Virus record (IMG/VR): IMGVR_UViG_3300032287_004273
Coordinates: 15,359 to 79,358 of that record
DNA: 64,000 nt
Strand: one strand, 5' to 3'
From: a virus
Below, in pieces: positions 8,448 through 17,894 of this stretch; position 1 is the stretch's first letter, and each line of letters opens with the position of its first letter. The notes under the pieces are model-generated. The model ran no database searches. It saw only the letters and a list, made by a program, of their open reading frames with translations, and was not told the DNA's origin. The translations under genes and the position numbers were made by a program.

Positions 8448-9980
8448 ATGTCAAAAAAATATAAAAAATTACCAGATGATTTTGATGCGGGTTTGTATAA
8501 GCACATTCACAAAGATTTAAAAAAATATAATGATTTGGAAGCTAAAATTCATTATATGACAATAGGATTTGATGAACAAAGAAACTATCAATTAGAAAAT
8601 CAAATACCAAAAGATTTTGATGCAGAAATGTACAAATATTATAATCCAGATTTAAATTCAATGAATGATTTGCAGTTGAAAATTCATTATTTAAAATATG
8701 GCATATCAGAAGGAAGAGTTTACAAAATTGAATTACCTAATGATTTTGATGTAAAAACTTATGCGTTATTAAATAAAGATATAACTAATATGCCAAATGG
8801 GTGGCTTGAAATGCATTATTCTCAATACGGAAAAAAAGAAGATAGGAAATACAAAGATGATCTTTTTGATAAAGATTTTTTCATAAAAGAAAATAATATA
8901 ATAAATTATTCTGGATATCAAGATTATTTAAAAGACATTCGTCAAATTAAATCTAAAAAAATTAAAAATTTAGTAGATAAAATTAAAGAAATTAAAGATT
9001 GTATCTTGTTAATAAGCCATGAAAATTCAATATATGGCGCAACTAATTATTTATATACAATATACAAAATGCTTAAAAAAAATAACAAAAATGTTATTTT
9101 GATTGATGATTTTGAAAATACAAAAATATTAAATAAATTTTCTTTAAAAAAAGAAGAAGTTTTGACTTATCTTGGAGATCCGACTTTGTTGTACTGGATA
9201 TGCAATAAAATTAATCCAAAATTAATATATTTTAATTCAATGAATTCTCAAATTGCTGATGTGGTTAAATTTATAGACAAAAGCAAATATATTATTCATA
9301 GCCATGAAATTAGACAGCATTTTACTTGCGATATATTTCCAACTTTTGTTGTGTCAAAAAGAATAAGCGAGCAATACAATTCAATCCCTAAAATTCAGCA
9401 ACCTATTTTCACTGAAGATATGATTGAAATAATGAATAAAAACTTAAAAGAAAACTTTGAAGTTAGAAATTTAAATGGTCTAATAAATAAAAATAAAATA
9501 ACTATTGGTATGTGTGGTAGTTTAACAGAAAGAAAGAACTATAGATTATTTATTGAGACGGCAAAAGAATTAAAGGATTTTAATTTTCTTTGGATTGGTG
9601 GTAGCGAAACTATCGAAAGTAAAGAAATACCAAATCTGTACCATATAAAAGATACAAAGCGTCCACATTCATACTATAAACATATGGATTATTTTGTTCT
9701 TTTTTCTAAACAAGATCCATGCCCATATGTTGTTTTGGAAAATTTATTCATGGGAAATAAAGTATTGACTTTTAAAGAGAATATCTATACAGATCATAAG
9801 TGCGATCTTTTAAAAGACATTTACTTTGAATTTGACGGAGAAATTAATTTAGATAATGCTATTGAATTTATTCAAAAGATTTGCGTTAATAAAGCAGATA
9901 GATCAAATCAAAACGGCAAAATATATATAGAACAAAATTTCACGAAATTAACTGACGACATGTTAAATTTATTGAAATAA
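8448..9980 (+). CDS. glycosyltransferase (GT-B) with N-terminal repeats
   Basis: Three repeats P.DFD...Y......DL.......HY...G..E.R.Y, then SHE..GA, GSLTERKN, SKQDPCPYVVLE GT4-like motifs. Confidence 0.75.
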   Translation: MSKKYKKLPDDFDAGLYKHIHKDLKKYNDLEAKIHYMTIGFDEQRNYQLENQIPKDFDAEMYKYYNPDLNSMNDLQLKIHYLKYGISEGRVYKIELPNDFDVKTYALLNKDITNMPNGWLEMHYSQYGKKEDRKYKDDLFDKDFFIKENNIINYSGYQDYLKDIRQIKSKKIKNLVDKIKEIKDCILLISHENSIYGATNYLYTIYKMLKKNNKNVILIDDFENTKILNKFSLKKEEVLTYLGDPTLLYWICNKINPKLIYFNSMNSQIADVVKFIDKSKYIIHSHEIRQHFTCDIFPTFVVSKRISEQYNSIPKIQQPIFTEDMIEIMNKNLKENFEVRNLNGLINKNKITIGMCGSLTERKNYRLFIETAKELKDFNFLWIGGSETIESKEIPNLYHIKDTKRPHSYYKHMDYFVLFSKQDPCPYVVLENLFMGNKVLTFKENIYTDHKCDLLKDIYFEFDGEINLDNAIEFIQKICVNKADRSNQNGKIYIEQNFTKLTDDMLNLLK

Positions 9981-10138
9981 TGAAAAATATTCTTTATCTT
10001 TGGTTTAAAGCCCTTGGAGAAAAAGCTCATGAAGATCCCAAGATAGCTGATAGAGTTGCCATCATTAGGACGATAATTTTATTGATTTATTTAATCACAA
10101 ACTTCGTGATTATTGCTGGCGTAATTCGCCATTGGTAA
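9980..10138 (+). CDS. small membrane protein
   Basis: Not in ORF track; MKNILYLWFKALGEKAHEDPKIADRVAIIRTIILLIYLITNFVIIAGVIRHW, ATG overlaps the upstream TAA. Confidence 0.65.
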   Translation: MKNILYLWFKALGEKAHEDPKIADRVAIIRTIILLIYLITNFVIIAGVIRHW

Positions 10139-10180
10139 TTTTGCGCTTGACTTTTCATTAATTTTGCATATATTCGACGC

Positions 10181-11137
10181 ATGAAGACATTAGTAATCGA
10201 TTCCCACAAAGGTGGGCCAAAACTTTCCAACAATCTACACTTACTCAATGCAAAAACAATCTCAGATCACTTGGGCGCAGACCTCATCTGGTCGTATGAA
10301 GGAGTCAATGATAGCATTAAATCTGGCTATGACGCTATTATCTTTAATCACGCATCTCATTATTCTTTCGTGGATTATAAGTGGTTAGAAGAAAGTCCAA
10401 ATGCCAAACTTTTTTATATTACAAATGAATACAATCTGGGCGAACCTCGCGCACTTTGGATGGCTGTTAAGCGTGGACGTAAGTATGATGTTATTGCAAA
10501 TCATTCTCACGAGCCAAGCAAAGTGGTAATGAAGTATGTAGACAAATGGAACATTCTTAATCTAAATTCATTAATTCATTCACCAGTAAAAACAGACATA
10601 CACAGTAAAAATGACATCATTTATCATGGCTCATTTCGGGCCGACAGAGCAAAATATTTTAGCAAGTATCTTAGCTCTGATGTTATCGTTAGTACTCATC
10701 AAAAGAATCGTGAAAAATTCTTAAACGCTGGAGTAAAAACAGAAAAATTCATTGATAGAATTAAATGGGACAAGGATGGACTAGCTCCATATCTTTGTTC
10801 ACTTTATATCGAAGATGAAAAAACTCATACCTATTACAATCATCTAGCCAATAGATTTTACGAATCTCTAAATTATAATGTTATACCACTCTTCTCTGAA
10901 GAGTGCGTCAATACTATTGAGCTTTCGAAGTATCCAATTACAACTGATTTAATATTTTCAAATCCTGATCAATTAAAGCAAAAGTATGATTTCGTAAAAA
11001 ATAATCGAGATTATATGATTCAATTGTTGGTGAATTGGGATATTAAAGCTGGACAAGAAAAGCGCAAGGTATTGGATGATATTAAATATTTAGTTTATGG
11101 ACCAGAAAATTATACAGCTTCAATTAACGCAAGATGA
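10181..11137 (+). CDS. GT-B glycosyltransferase resembling T4 DNA beta-glucosyltransferase
   Basis: DIIYHGSFR and SLYIED...NRFYESL segments parallel BGT motifs as recalled; own TTGACT/TATATT promoter. Confidence 0.5.
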   Translation: MKTLVIDSHKGGPKLSNNLHLLNAKTISDHLGADLIWSYEGVNDSIKSGYDAIIFNHASHYSFVDYKWLEESPNAKLFYITNEYNLGEPRALWMAVKRGRKYDVIANHSHEPSKVVMKYVDKWNILNLNSLIHSPVKTDIHSKNDIIYHGSFRADRAKYFSKYLSSDVIVSTHQKNREKFLNAGVKTEKFIDRIKWDKDGLAPYLCSLYIEDEKTHTYYNHLANRFYESLNYNVIPLFSEECVNTIELSKYPITTDLIFSNPDQLKQKYDFVKNNRDYMIQLLVNWDIKAGQEKRKVLDDIKYLVYGPENYTASINAR

Positions 11138-11294
11138 ATTACAGATCATGAAGGAAGCTCTATGGAATTATCAGCTAGAGACTGACAGAAGTTCGAGAAA
11201 GCTTGCCTTTAGATATCTAAAAGGTATTGTTGAAGAGTTGACTTCAAAATCACAAAGATCAAAAGATCTATCCGAAAGAATAAAAGATTTATAA
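11097..11294 (+). CDS. hypothetical protein
   Basis: ORF in operon. Confidence 0.55.
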   Translation: MDQKIIQLQLTQDELQIMKEALWNYQLETDRSSRKLAFRYLKGIVEELTSKSQRSKDLSERIKDL

Positions 11295-11295
11295 T

Positions 11296-11898
11296 ATGGG
11301 CATGTTCGACACAGTTCTCGTCAAAGACAAACTAATTGAACCATTAGTTGATAAAGATATTTTCGAGGCTATTCAAAAAGATGTAGAAGATGGTTTTCTT
11401 TCTTTCCAAACAAAAGATTTAGAAAACTGTTTATTTTGCTACAAGATTGATGAAGATAAAAAATTAATGCAACAAAGATATGGTTTCATTGAAGACGAAA
11501 CTGAGCCTCTTGGAGGCAGAACTGAACCTCAAGAAGCCACTCACGATACTCGCACAACATATATTGAATTTTATGATGGTTTAGGAGAGGTTGGAGAAGA
11601 CAATATTTTTATTACTTTTAAAGCTCATATTGTTAAAGGTGAGGTTCAAGATATATCAGTTTTCCAAATAGAGAGAACTAATATAAAAGAAATGGAAGAG
11701 AATGGTAAAAAAATCCAAGAAAGATGGGCAAAAATTCGCTCAACTCCAGAATGGAGATTGTGGCATTTAATCAACAACATTGAATGGAAAATTAATAGAT
11801 TCTTTTATCCAGTTAGTCGCAAATACTCTTCCTTCAAAATATATTTAAGACAAAAAGCTGAATCAAAATTTCCAGATGAAAACTCTAGTAGTTGGTGA
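11296..11898 (+). CDS. conserved phage hypothetical (MGMFD...FQTKDL type)
   Basis: MGMFD start and FQTKDL motif. Confidence 0.65.
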   Translation: MGMFDTVLVKDKLIEPLVDKDIFEAIQKDVEDGFLSFQTKDLENCLFCYKIDEDKKLMQQRYGFIEDETEPLGGRTEPQEATHDTRTTYIEFYDGLGEVGEDNIFITFKAHIVKGEVQDISVFQIERTNIKEMEENGKKIQERWAKIRSTPEWRLWHLINNIEWKINRFFYPVSRKYSSFKIYLRQKAESKFPDENSSSW

Positions 11899-12604
11899 CG
11901 TTCATCAAAAAATAGATCAAGTCGAAAAAATAATTTCTGGTTGGAGTGATCAGATTATTTTTATTGGTGATTATTTTGATGACTTTAACGATACTCCAGA
12001 AGATGCAAGAAGAACGGCAAAATGGCTTAAAGAATCTTTGCAAAAGCCTAATAGAATTCATCTTATGGGTAATCACGATTACAATTATCGTATTCGCCCA
12101 CCAGGCGCTTACTACTGCTCTGGATTCACTTTGGAAAAATATGAAGTAATTAATTTAGAATTAACTCTTTCTGATTGGAAAATGATAAAATATTTCCATC
12201 ATGAAAAAGATTCTTCAACAACCTACTGGTTTTCTCACGCTGGCGTTAGCACTCATTGGTTTAAGCATCCTGTATTGGGACTCACGACGGAAGTGATCGA
12301 GAAAAAAGTTAAAGAAGCTGACGAAGCTATTGAAAATAGACTCTTCGACAGTCCTCAAACTGCATGCCTAACTGCTGTTGATATGTACAGAGGAGGAAGA
12401 TGTCAAAAGGGAGGACTGCTTTGGAATCACTGGACAAACTGCGAAGTATTTGATGGTATTACTCAAATCGTCGGTCACACCACAAGAGATAAAATTAAAA
12501 TCAAAAGAGGCAAAAGCTTTAATTCTAAAACAGTGAATATTGATACTCACTTAAAACAATTTTTAATTATTGATGATGGAAATTTAATTATTAAAAACGC
12601 ATGA
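11876..12604 (+). CDS. calcineurin-like metallophosphoesterase
   Basis: GDVH, GDYFD, GNHD, SHAG, GHT motifs. Confidence 0.9.
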   Translation: MKTLVVGDVHQKIDQVEKIISGWSDQIIFIGDYFDDFNDTPEDARRTAKWLKESLQKPNRIHLMGNHDYNYRIRPPGAYYCSGFTLEKYEVINLELTLSDWKMIKYFHHEKDSSTTYWFSHAGVSTHWFKHPVLGLTTEVIEKKVKEADEAIENRLFDSPQTACLTAVDMYRGGRCQKGGLLWNHWTNCEVFDGITQIVGHTTRDKIKIKRGKSFNSKTVNIDTHLKQFLIIDDGNLIIKNA

Positions 12605-12861
12605 TTTTACCACTAATAAGTAATTTATTAAAATTAGCAGTAGCATATTTTGAACTTAAAAATAAATCTTTTTATTATGATATACTCGAAAAATCCAGAA
12701 CCAAATGTAACCAACTTGCAGAAGAGATTGAAAAGCTTCGCGCCGAAGGCACTCAGTCTTCTACTGATCGCGCTGACGTTCTCTTCATGCGCCTCAAGTC
12801 AGAGCAAAAATACGCCGAACATCTTTCAGCCCAATATTCTAAGATTGAAGCAGGGAACTGA
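12601..12861 (+). CDS. putative i-spanin (Rz-like)
   Basis: Hydrophobic N-terminus plus coiled coil; overlapped in the +1 frame by a lipoprotein gene. Confidence 0.45.
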   Translation: MILPLISNLLKLAVAYFELKNKSFYYDILEKSRTKCNQLAEEIEKLRAEGTQSSTDRADVLFMRLKSEQKYAEHLSAQYSKIEAGN

Positions 12862-12961
12862 GTTAATTACTATAGACGGTCGATACATTGCTCAATGCGA
12901 TGAAGTTTGGCATAGTGATGCGCGTTATAGAAAATTAGAAAGAGAATCTTTGTACAAATGA
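12728..12961 (+). CDS. lipoprotein, putative o-spanin (Rz1-like)
   Basis: TTG start gives signal MKSFAPKALSLLLIALTFSS-C lipobox. Confidence 0.55.
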   Translation: MKSFAPKALSLLLIALTFSSCASSQSKNTPNIFQPNILRLKQGTELITIDGRYIAQCDEVWHSDARYRKLERESLYK

Positions 12962-13305
12962 ATTTATCTAAAAAAAATCTTGCAGTTATTTATGCTCACC
13001 AAATAGGATTTAAAATTAAAGATAACAAAATTTTTAATCCTTCAAATAACGAAGTGCAATTTTTCGTGAGAAACGGATGCCCTTCAATAAATGTTAAAGT
13101 GCCCATTGATCATATTAATCATGCAAAATCTGACAAAGAACTGAGAACAATTTCCGTTCATAAACTTGCTGCTTATGAAAAATTTGGAAGCGTAGTTTTT
13201 GAAAAAGATATTTGCGTTAAACATATTAATAATGACAAATTAGATTTTTCATTTTCAAATCTTGAAATATACAAAAAACTACCAGAAAACATAGAAGAAA
13301 CTTAA
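12958..13305 (+). CDS. HNH_3-like endonuclease, probably degenerate
   Basis: VHKLAAY...VKHINNDKLDFSFSNL; conserved Asn positions altered. Confidence 0.55.
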   Translation: MNLSKKNLAVIYAHQIGFKIKDNKIFNPSNNEVQFFVRNGCPSINVKVPIDHINHAKSDKELRTISVHKLAAYEKFGSVVFEKDICVKHINNDKLDFSFSNLEIYKKLPENIEET

Positions 13306-13306
13306 A

Positions 13307-14014
13307 ATGAAAGTAGATTTAATTGATTACATGGGTAGCGACTTGACAGTTGCTAATGCCGCTAGAGTTAGCTTTGACAAACAATCAGATTGGAACATTG
13401 TTAGTCACCAAAAAGAATGTTGGGATGATTCCCGAATAGTAGTGACATCTCCAGTTAGAGAATTAAAAGAAGCTGATAAAAAACTAATTAATTTCTTGGC
13501 TCGCGAAAATCACTGGACTCCATTTGGACATTGTTTTCTTCAATTCAGGATCAAAGCTCCAATTTTTGTCGCTCGCCAATTAGGTAAGCATCAAGTAGGA
13601 CTTACTTGGAATGAAATTTCTCGTCGCTATGTGGACAATGAACCAGAATTTTATTTTCCAGAAAAGTGGAGAAAAAAGAATCCAGACAAAAAACAAGGCA
13701 GCTATGACGACGAATTTGTCGAATTAACATTTGCTGAAGAGTGTCAACCAAAAGCAGTCGTAAATATGTGCAGGGAATTGTACAATGCAATGATTGATAT
13801 GCAAGTTTGTGCAGAGCAAGCAAGAATGATCTTGCCGCAAAACATGTATACAGAATGGTATTGGAGTGGATCTCTATACGCTTTTGCTCGCATTTGCAGT
13901 TTAAGACTCAAGAAAGATACTCAAAAAGAAACAAGGGATATTGCAGACATGATTTATAAATTGGCTGAAAAAAATTTTCCAGTTTCATGGAAGGCTCTTA
14001 TGTGTAAAGAGTAG
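13307..14014 (+). CDS. thyX: FAD-dependent thymidylate synthase
   Basis: ANAARVSF, HWTPF, ARQLGKH..WNEISRRY, EQARMILP motifs. Confidence 0.95.
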   Translation: MKVDLIDYMGSDLTVANAARVSFDKQSDWNIVSHQKECWDDSRIVVTSPVRELKEADKKLINFLARENHWTPFGHCFLQFRIKAPIFVARQLGKHQVGLTWNEISRRYVDNEPEFYFPEKWRKKNPDKKQGSYDDEFVELTFAEECQPKAVVNMCRELYNAMIDMQVCAEQARMILPQNMYTEWYWSGSLYAFARICSLRLKKDTQKETRDIADMIYKLAEKNFPVSWKALMCKE

Positions 14015-14015
14015 T

Positions 14016-14222
14016 ATGAAAGTAATAGTATGGCTATCTCAGCATAGTGAGCAAATTATAGAAGCTCTTACAGCAATCGTAACTGGTGCATCCGCATTAG
14101 CTGCACTGACTCCTACTCCAAAAGATGATACATTTTTAGGAAAAGCTTATAAACTTGTAGATTGGTTAGCTTTGAACGTAGGCAAAGCTAAAGAAACTGG
14201 AAAACAAGAAGTTAAAAAGTAA
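14016..14222 (+). CDS. small membrane protein, holin-like
   Basis: Hydrophobic segment plus TPTPKDD motif. Confidence 0.5.
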   Translation: MKVIVWLSQHSEQIIEALTAIVTGASALAALTPTPKDDTFLGKAYKLVDWLALNVGKAKETGKQEVKK

Positions 14223-14237
14223 TTAAAATATCTTTTT

Positions 14238-14270
14238 AAACCCCCAGCTCAAAAAGCTGGGGGTTTTTTT
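14238..14270 (+). terminator. intrinsic terminator
   Basis: CCCCCAGCT-CAAAA-AGCTGGGGG followed by T7. Confidence 0.85.
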
Positions 14271-14305
14271 GTTGACTTTTTTTAAAAAAAAATCATTATA
14301 CAAAC

Positions 14306-14767
14306 ATGATTTTCAAAAAAGGAATTGCCACAATATCTGTGGAAAAGGAAGGCAATTTTGTTAAAAAAGTTTTCCAAACTTCTAGTAAATATAAAAAAGA
14401 AAGAGATTTTTATCTTTTTACTGCCCCTTTACTTGACTTTGTGCCCAAGTTGCATAAATTCAATGATGAGTTAAAAACAATTTGGACGGAGTATTGTGGC
14501 CAATCTTTAAATTTAAAATATATTCCAAAAGATAGATACAAATTTAAAACCAAAATAAGGAAAATGGTTGAGTTTTTAGCCACATTAAACTTATATCATA
14601 ACGACATTAGATGGAAAAATATTGTAGAAAGTGATGATGGTAAGCTTTTTTTGATTGACTTTGAGGTCATTTCGAATGAGAATAAGGAAAGAGATCCAGA
14701 AAATATTATTACAGAAAAATATGAAAAAAGTACCAACAGTCCACGAACTAAGAAAAAAGGGTTATAA
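14306..14767 (+). CDS. minimal protein kinase/phosphotransferase-fold protein
   Basis: VKK, E, HNDIRWKN, LIDFE motifs. Confidence 0.75.
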   Translation: MIFKKGIATISVEKEGNFVKKVFQTSSKYKKERDFYLFTAPLLDFVPKLHKFNDELKTIWTEYCGQSLNLKYIPKDRYKFKTKIRKMVEFLATLNLYHNDIRWKNIVESDDGKLFLIDFEVISNENKERDPENIITEKYEKSTNSPRTKKKGL

Positions 14768-15161
14768 AGTTAGAGTTACCCATGTAAGACAATTTTTTAG
14801 ATTCAATCCGCAAACTGGAGAAAAGAAAAGGTTTTTCGCGGCATTTCAATCTAGTAAATTTTATAAAAAATTTAATTTAAAACCTGCGTCTGAACAGGAA
14901 ATGAAAGATGAATTCTTTTTGGATAGCAGGGGTGGAGAAACAATTATTGAAATTGCTTTTCCACAAGGGAGTGAACTTGGAAAGGGCGTCTCAATTTGCT
15001 CTGAACAAGATTCTTATGTTAAGAAAATTGGAATTAGAAAAGCTACAGCTTTGGCTTTAAAAAATATTGAAGAAAATAAAAAATTAAATGCTGACAGTTT
15101 TACAAAATTACTGGAACAAAATAAAGATCTCTATTCAGATTTGAGATCTCAAATGGCATGA
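14721..15161 (+). CDS. hypothetical protein
   Basis: ORF, start reassigned to ATG. Confidence 0.65.
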   Translation: MKKVPTVHELRKKGYKVRVTHVRQFFRFNPQTGEKKRFFAAFQSSKFYKKFNLKPASEQEMKDEFFLDSRGGETIIEIAFPQGSELGKGVSICSEQDSYVKKIGIRKATALALKNIEENKKLNADSFTKLLEQNKDLYSDLRSQMA

Positions 15162-15191
15162 TTCATAAATTTATTTGTTTATGTTTTTATT

Positions 15192-15225
15192 ATTTAGGCG
15201 ACATATGCTGTCGCCTAAATTTTTT
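15192..15225 (+). terminator. intrinsic terminator
   Basis: TTTAGGCGACA/TGTCGCCTAAA stem plus T run. Confidence 0.75.
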
Positions 15226-15333
15226 ATATCTATATAATTTTTTTATGAGTCTGTCTGTCGATCTTTCGGATAAACATGAACTAGGAATATGGAAATGTGT
15301 TGACAAATCAGAAAATGATGCCTAATATCTTTC

Positions 15334-15852
15334 ATGAACTTGTTTTGTCTAGATTCTGATCCAAATATTGCAGCACAATACAACTGCGACCAACACTGTA
15401 ATAAAATAGTGCTTGAGTGCGCTCAAATGATGGCTAATTGTTTCGATGTCACCGTACTTAAATCTGCTCCACCTAATATGCTTGGCCAACCTCGCAAGCA
15501 TTCTTACTTCAATCATCCTGTATCTAAGTGGATGCGGGAAACAATCGGCAACCTTCTTTGGTCTATCGACCACGCTTTCGCTCTTGAGCGCGAGCGTATT
15601 TATCGTGGATACAATCCACACTTTTCAATACGGTTTATCAACTGGGTTGCTGACAACTTTGACAAGTCAGTAGTTCCATATGGCGACCAAACAGAATTTG
15701 CAGTCGCTATTGCGCCCACAATGCAATGTCGCCAACATATAGCATTTAATAACGCAGATTCAGTTGGCAAATATCGTTTGTATTATCAATTTGATAAACC
15801 TTTTGCGACTTGGACTAAACGCAACAAACCAAATTGGTTTAACTCAATTTAA
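15334..15852 (+). CDS. pyrimidine-dimer glycosylase/endonuclease V-like protein
   Basis: MNLFCLD.DP..AA....DQH..KIVLECAQM, NHPVSKW, YRLYY, WTKR..PNW motifs. Confidence 0.7.
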   Translation: MNLFCLDSDPNIAAQYNCDQHCNKIVLECAQMMANCFDVTVLKSAPPNMLGQPRKHSYFNHPVSKWMRETIGNLLWSIDHAFALERERIYRGYNPHFSIRFINWVADNFDKSVVPYGDQTEFAVAIAPTMQCRQHIAFNNADSVGKYRLYYQFDKPFATWTKRNKPNWFNSI

Positions 15853-15853
15853 A

Positions 15854-16117
15854 ATGCGCGAAAATATTATAGAAATTTCAAAAGATAAATTTGATGATTT
15901 CTTTAGAGAAATCTATCCAAAACATCATAATATTGAAACTCAAAATGTTAGTGAAATTCATAGATTGTCAGCGTTTGAAAAAAATTATGTTAATCAAATT
16001 TTTGAATTGAATTATGGTTTTAGTTATGCAGGCATTTCAATAGATAAATTAAATTATCATTTACTTTTAGTAGACAAAAAATTATTTTCAGTAGCAAGAA
16101 TAAAATACGGCATATGA
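15854..16117 (+). CDS. hypothetical protein, KYGI family
   Basis: Ends VDKKLFSVARIKYGI. Confidence 0.6.
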   Translation: MRENIIEISKDKFDDFFREIYPKHHNIETQNVSEIHRLSAFEKNYVNQIFELNYGFSYAGISIDKLNYHLLLVDKKLFSVARIKYGI

Positions 16118-16533
16118 TAAAATACATTATATTAACTTCGCTACTATTATCGCCGCCCAAAGCTGAAGGTGGTGCTCGTGTTCAAAGTTTAGAAATTAAT
16201 CAGCAAAAAATTATTAGTAGCAATCTTGGAATTTTGCAACCAAATTTAATTATTTCGTTAAATGTCGGCGACTTGATTAAGTTTTATTTTCCAGATGGAA
16301 GTTGTGAAACTGGGATAGTAAAATCAAGAAAAGAAGAAAAAGATTGCATTAGAGTATTCGGAGACATTTCCAACAGAAGAGATTCGGGTTTTGGTTTTGG
16401 ATTAACTCCAAACGCTTTTGGAGGCGCACTTGTTTACAGAGATACTGAAAAAAATAAAATCTACGAAGCTAAATTCGATGACTTGCTTGGTGGATTTATT
16501 TTTCGTTTAAAAATACCAAGCATTGAGCTTTAA
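16114..16533 (+). CDS. hypothetical protein with possible signal peptide
   Basis: ORF in operon. Confidence 0.55.
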   Translation: MIKYIILTSLLLSPPKAEGGARVQSLEINQQKIISSNLGILQPNLIISLNVGDLIKFYFPDGSCETGIVKSRKEEKDCIRVFGDISNRRDSGFGFGLTPNAFGGALVYRDTEKNKIYEAKFDDLLGGFIFRLKIPSIEL

Positions 16534-16535
16534 TA

Positions 16536-16826
16536 ATGGAAGTTAAAATTGATTCTCTTGTTTATCAAGATTTTGTCCACGATTGGATAAAAAAAATTAA
16601 AAAAAAGAATCCAGAAAGATTGCCAGAAGATAAATTAGATTTACTTTACCAAGACTTTGATAGAGTAAATGGCTTAAAGCATTACGAGAGAATTTATACA
16701 AATAAATACTCTCCAGAAGATATTTTTAAAGTTGTCAATAAAGCTAAATATCTGTTTTTCAAATTGAAAAACAACCTTGACAGTTCCGAATATGATGGTA
16801 GTATCGAGGAAATCTATGAAAACTAA
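16536..16826 (+). CDS. hypothetical protein, KYGI-family related
   Basis: FKVVNKAKYLFFKLK segment. Confidence 0.55.
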   Translation: MEVKIDSLVYQDFVHDWIKKIKKKNPERLPEDKLDLLYQDFDRVNGLKHYERIYTNKYSPEDIFKVVNKAKYLFFKLKNNLDSSEYDGSIEEIYEN

Positions 16827-17367
16827 ACCCTTAAACGAACAAGAAATTGCAGTTTTATTCACAGAATATTTTTCTGAACTTAAAAAATATATTTTAAATT
16901 TTACTAGCTCAATTGATTTTGCTGAAGATTCGGCACAATTAAGTTTCATGAAACTTTGCAGAAATAAACCATCCTTTGAAACTCCTGAATCCGCAAAATG
17001 CTGGCTAAAAACAGTCGCTAAAAATTCACTTTTTACATTTCATAAAAAAAATAAAAAGTACATCTTTATTGATACTCAAGAGTCCGCTTCGGAAATTGAA
17101 AATCTGCAGCCTCAAATTGATGTCGCGAGTGGATTTGAAAATTTAGCTGATTTAGAAGAGGAAGTTCTTAATAGAACCACTTTAATTAGTTTAATGAACA
17201 AATTAACTAAAAAACAAAAAGAAGTTTTGCAACTCAGATACTTTGAAAATCTCACTTACGAACAAATAGCGCAAAAAACAAAAAATAAAGTTACAAATGT
17301 TGGTTTCTTGATTAACGAAGGAAAAAGGAATTTGAAAAAATTTTGGAACAATTACGCAAAAGCTTAA
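16816..17367 (+). CDS. RNA polymerase sigma-70 family (ECF-like) sigma factor
   Basis: Region 2 AEDSAQLSFMKL...WLKTVAKN; region 4 LTKKQKEVLQLRYFENLTYEQIA. Confidence 0.85.
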   Translation: MKTKPLNEQEIAVLFTEYFSELKKYILNFTSSIDFAEDSAQLSFMKLCRNKPSFETPESAKCWLKTVAKNSLFTFHKKNKKYIFIDTQESASEIENLQPQIDVASGFENLADLEEEVLNRTTLISLMNKLTKKQKEVLQLRYFENLTYEQIAQKTKNKVTNVGFLINEGKRNLKKFWNNYAKA

Positions 17368-17377
17368 TAAATATATT

Positions 17378-17725
17378 ATGATGATTAGCTCTCAAAAAAT
17401 CAAAGACATTTTAATGACCTCGTTTGCAGTTTTATCTGTTGCAGCGGTTTCTGTTTGCTACGATTCTTATTTAACAGATAAAGAATGGAAAGAAATGCTT
17501 CTCAAAGAAGGTTATGCGGAATACGATTCAAAAACTGGCGATTGGAAGTTAAGCAAACCAGAAATTGTAATGTTTAATCTTAACGACTTAGAAAGCAAAG
17601 GTCAAAAAATGCAAATTAAAATTGATGATTATTTAAAAGCTCTTGAGGCGGAAGTAGATAAATTCCAAAAGCAATCGGAAGCCATCATTGAAGGTGTAAA
17701 AACCTCTAATGGAAAAAAGAATTAA
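17378..17725 (+). CDS. membrane-anchored hypothetical protein
   Basis: N-terminal TM segment, coiled C-terminus. Confidence 0.6.
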   Translation: MMISSQKIKDILMTSFAVLSVAAVSVCYDSYLTDKEWKEMLLKEGYAEYDSKTGDWKLSKPEIVMFNLNDLESKGQKMQIKIDDYLKALEAEVDKFQKQSEAIIEGVKTSNGKKN

Positions 17726-17894
17726 AATTAGTTTTAATAATTCGACTCAACTTTGGACTGCTGAAACTGAAAGTGGAATTTTTATTGGAAAATCAAAAGA
17801 TAAAGAAAGTTTATACGAGCAAATTTTCTTGTATTTTAGAATAAATATTCACTTTTAATCTTGACTAAATATATAAATCTGTTAAATTTGAAAC

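Noticed and set aside
12958-13305. Active homing endonuclease or intron at thyX
   Set aside because: HNH motif is degenerate and thyX is uninterrupted.
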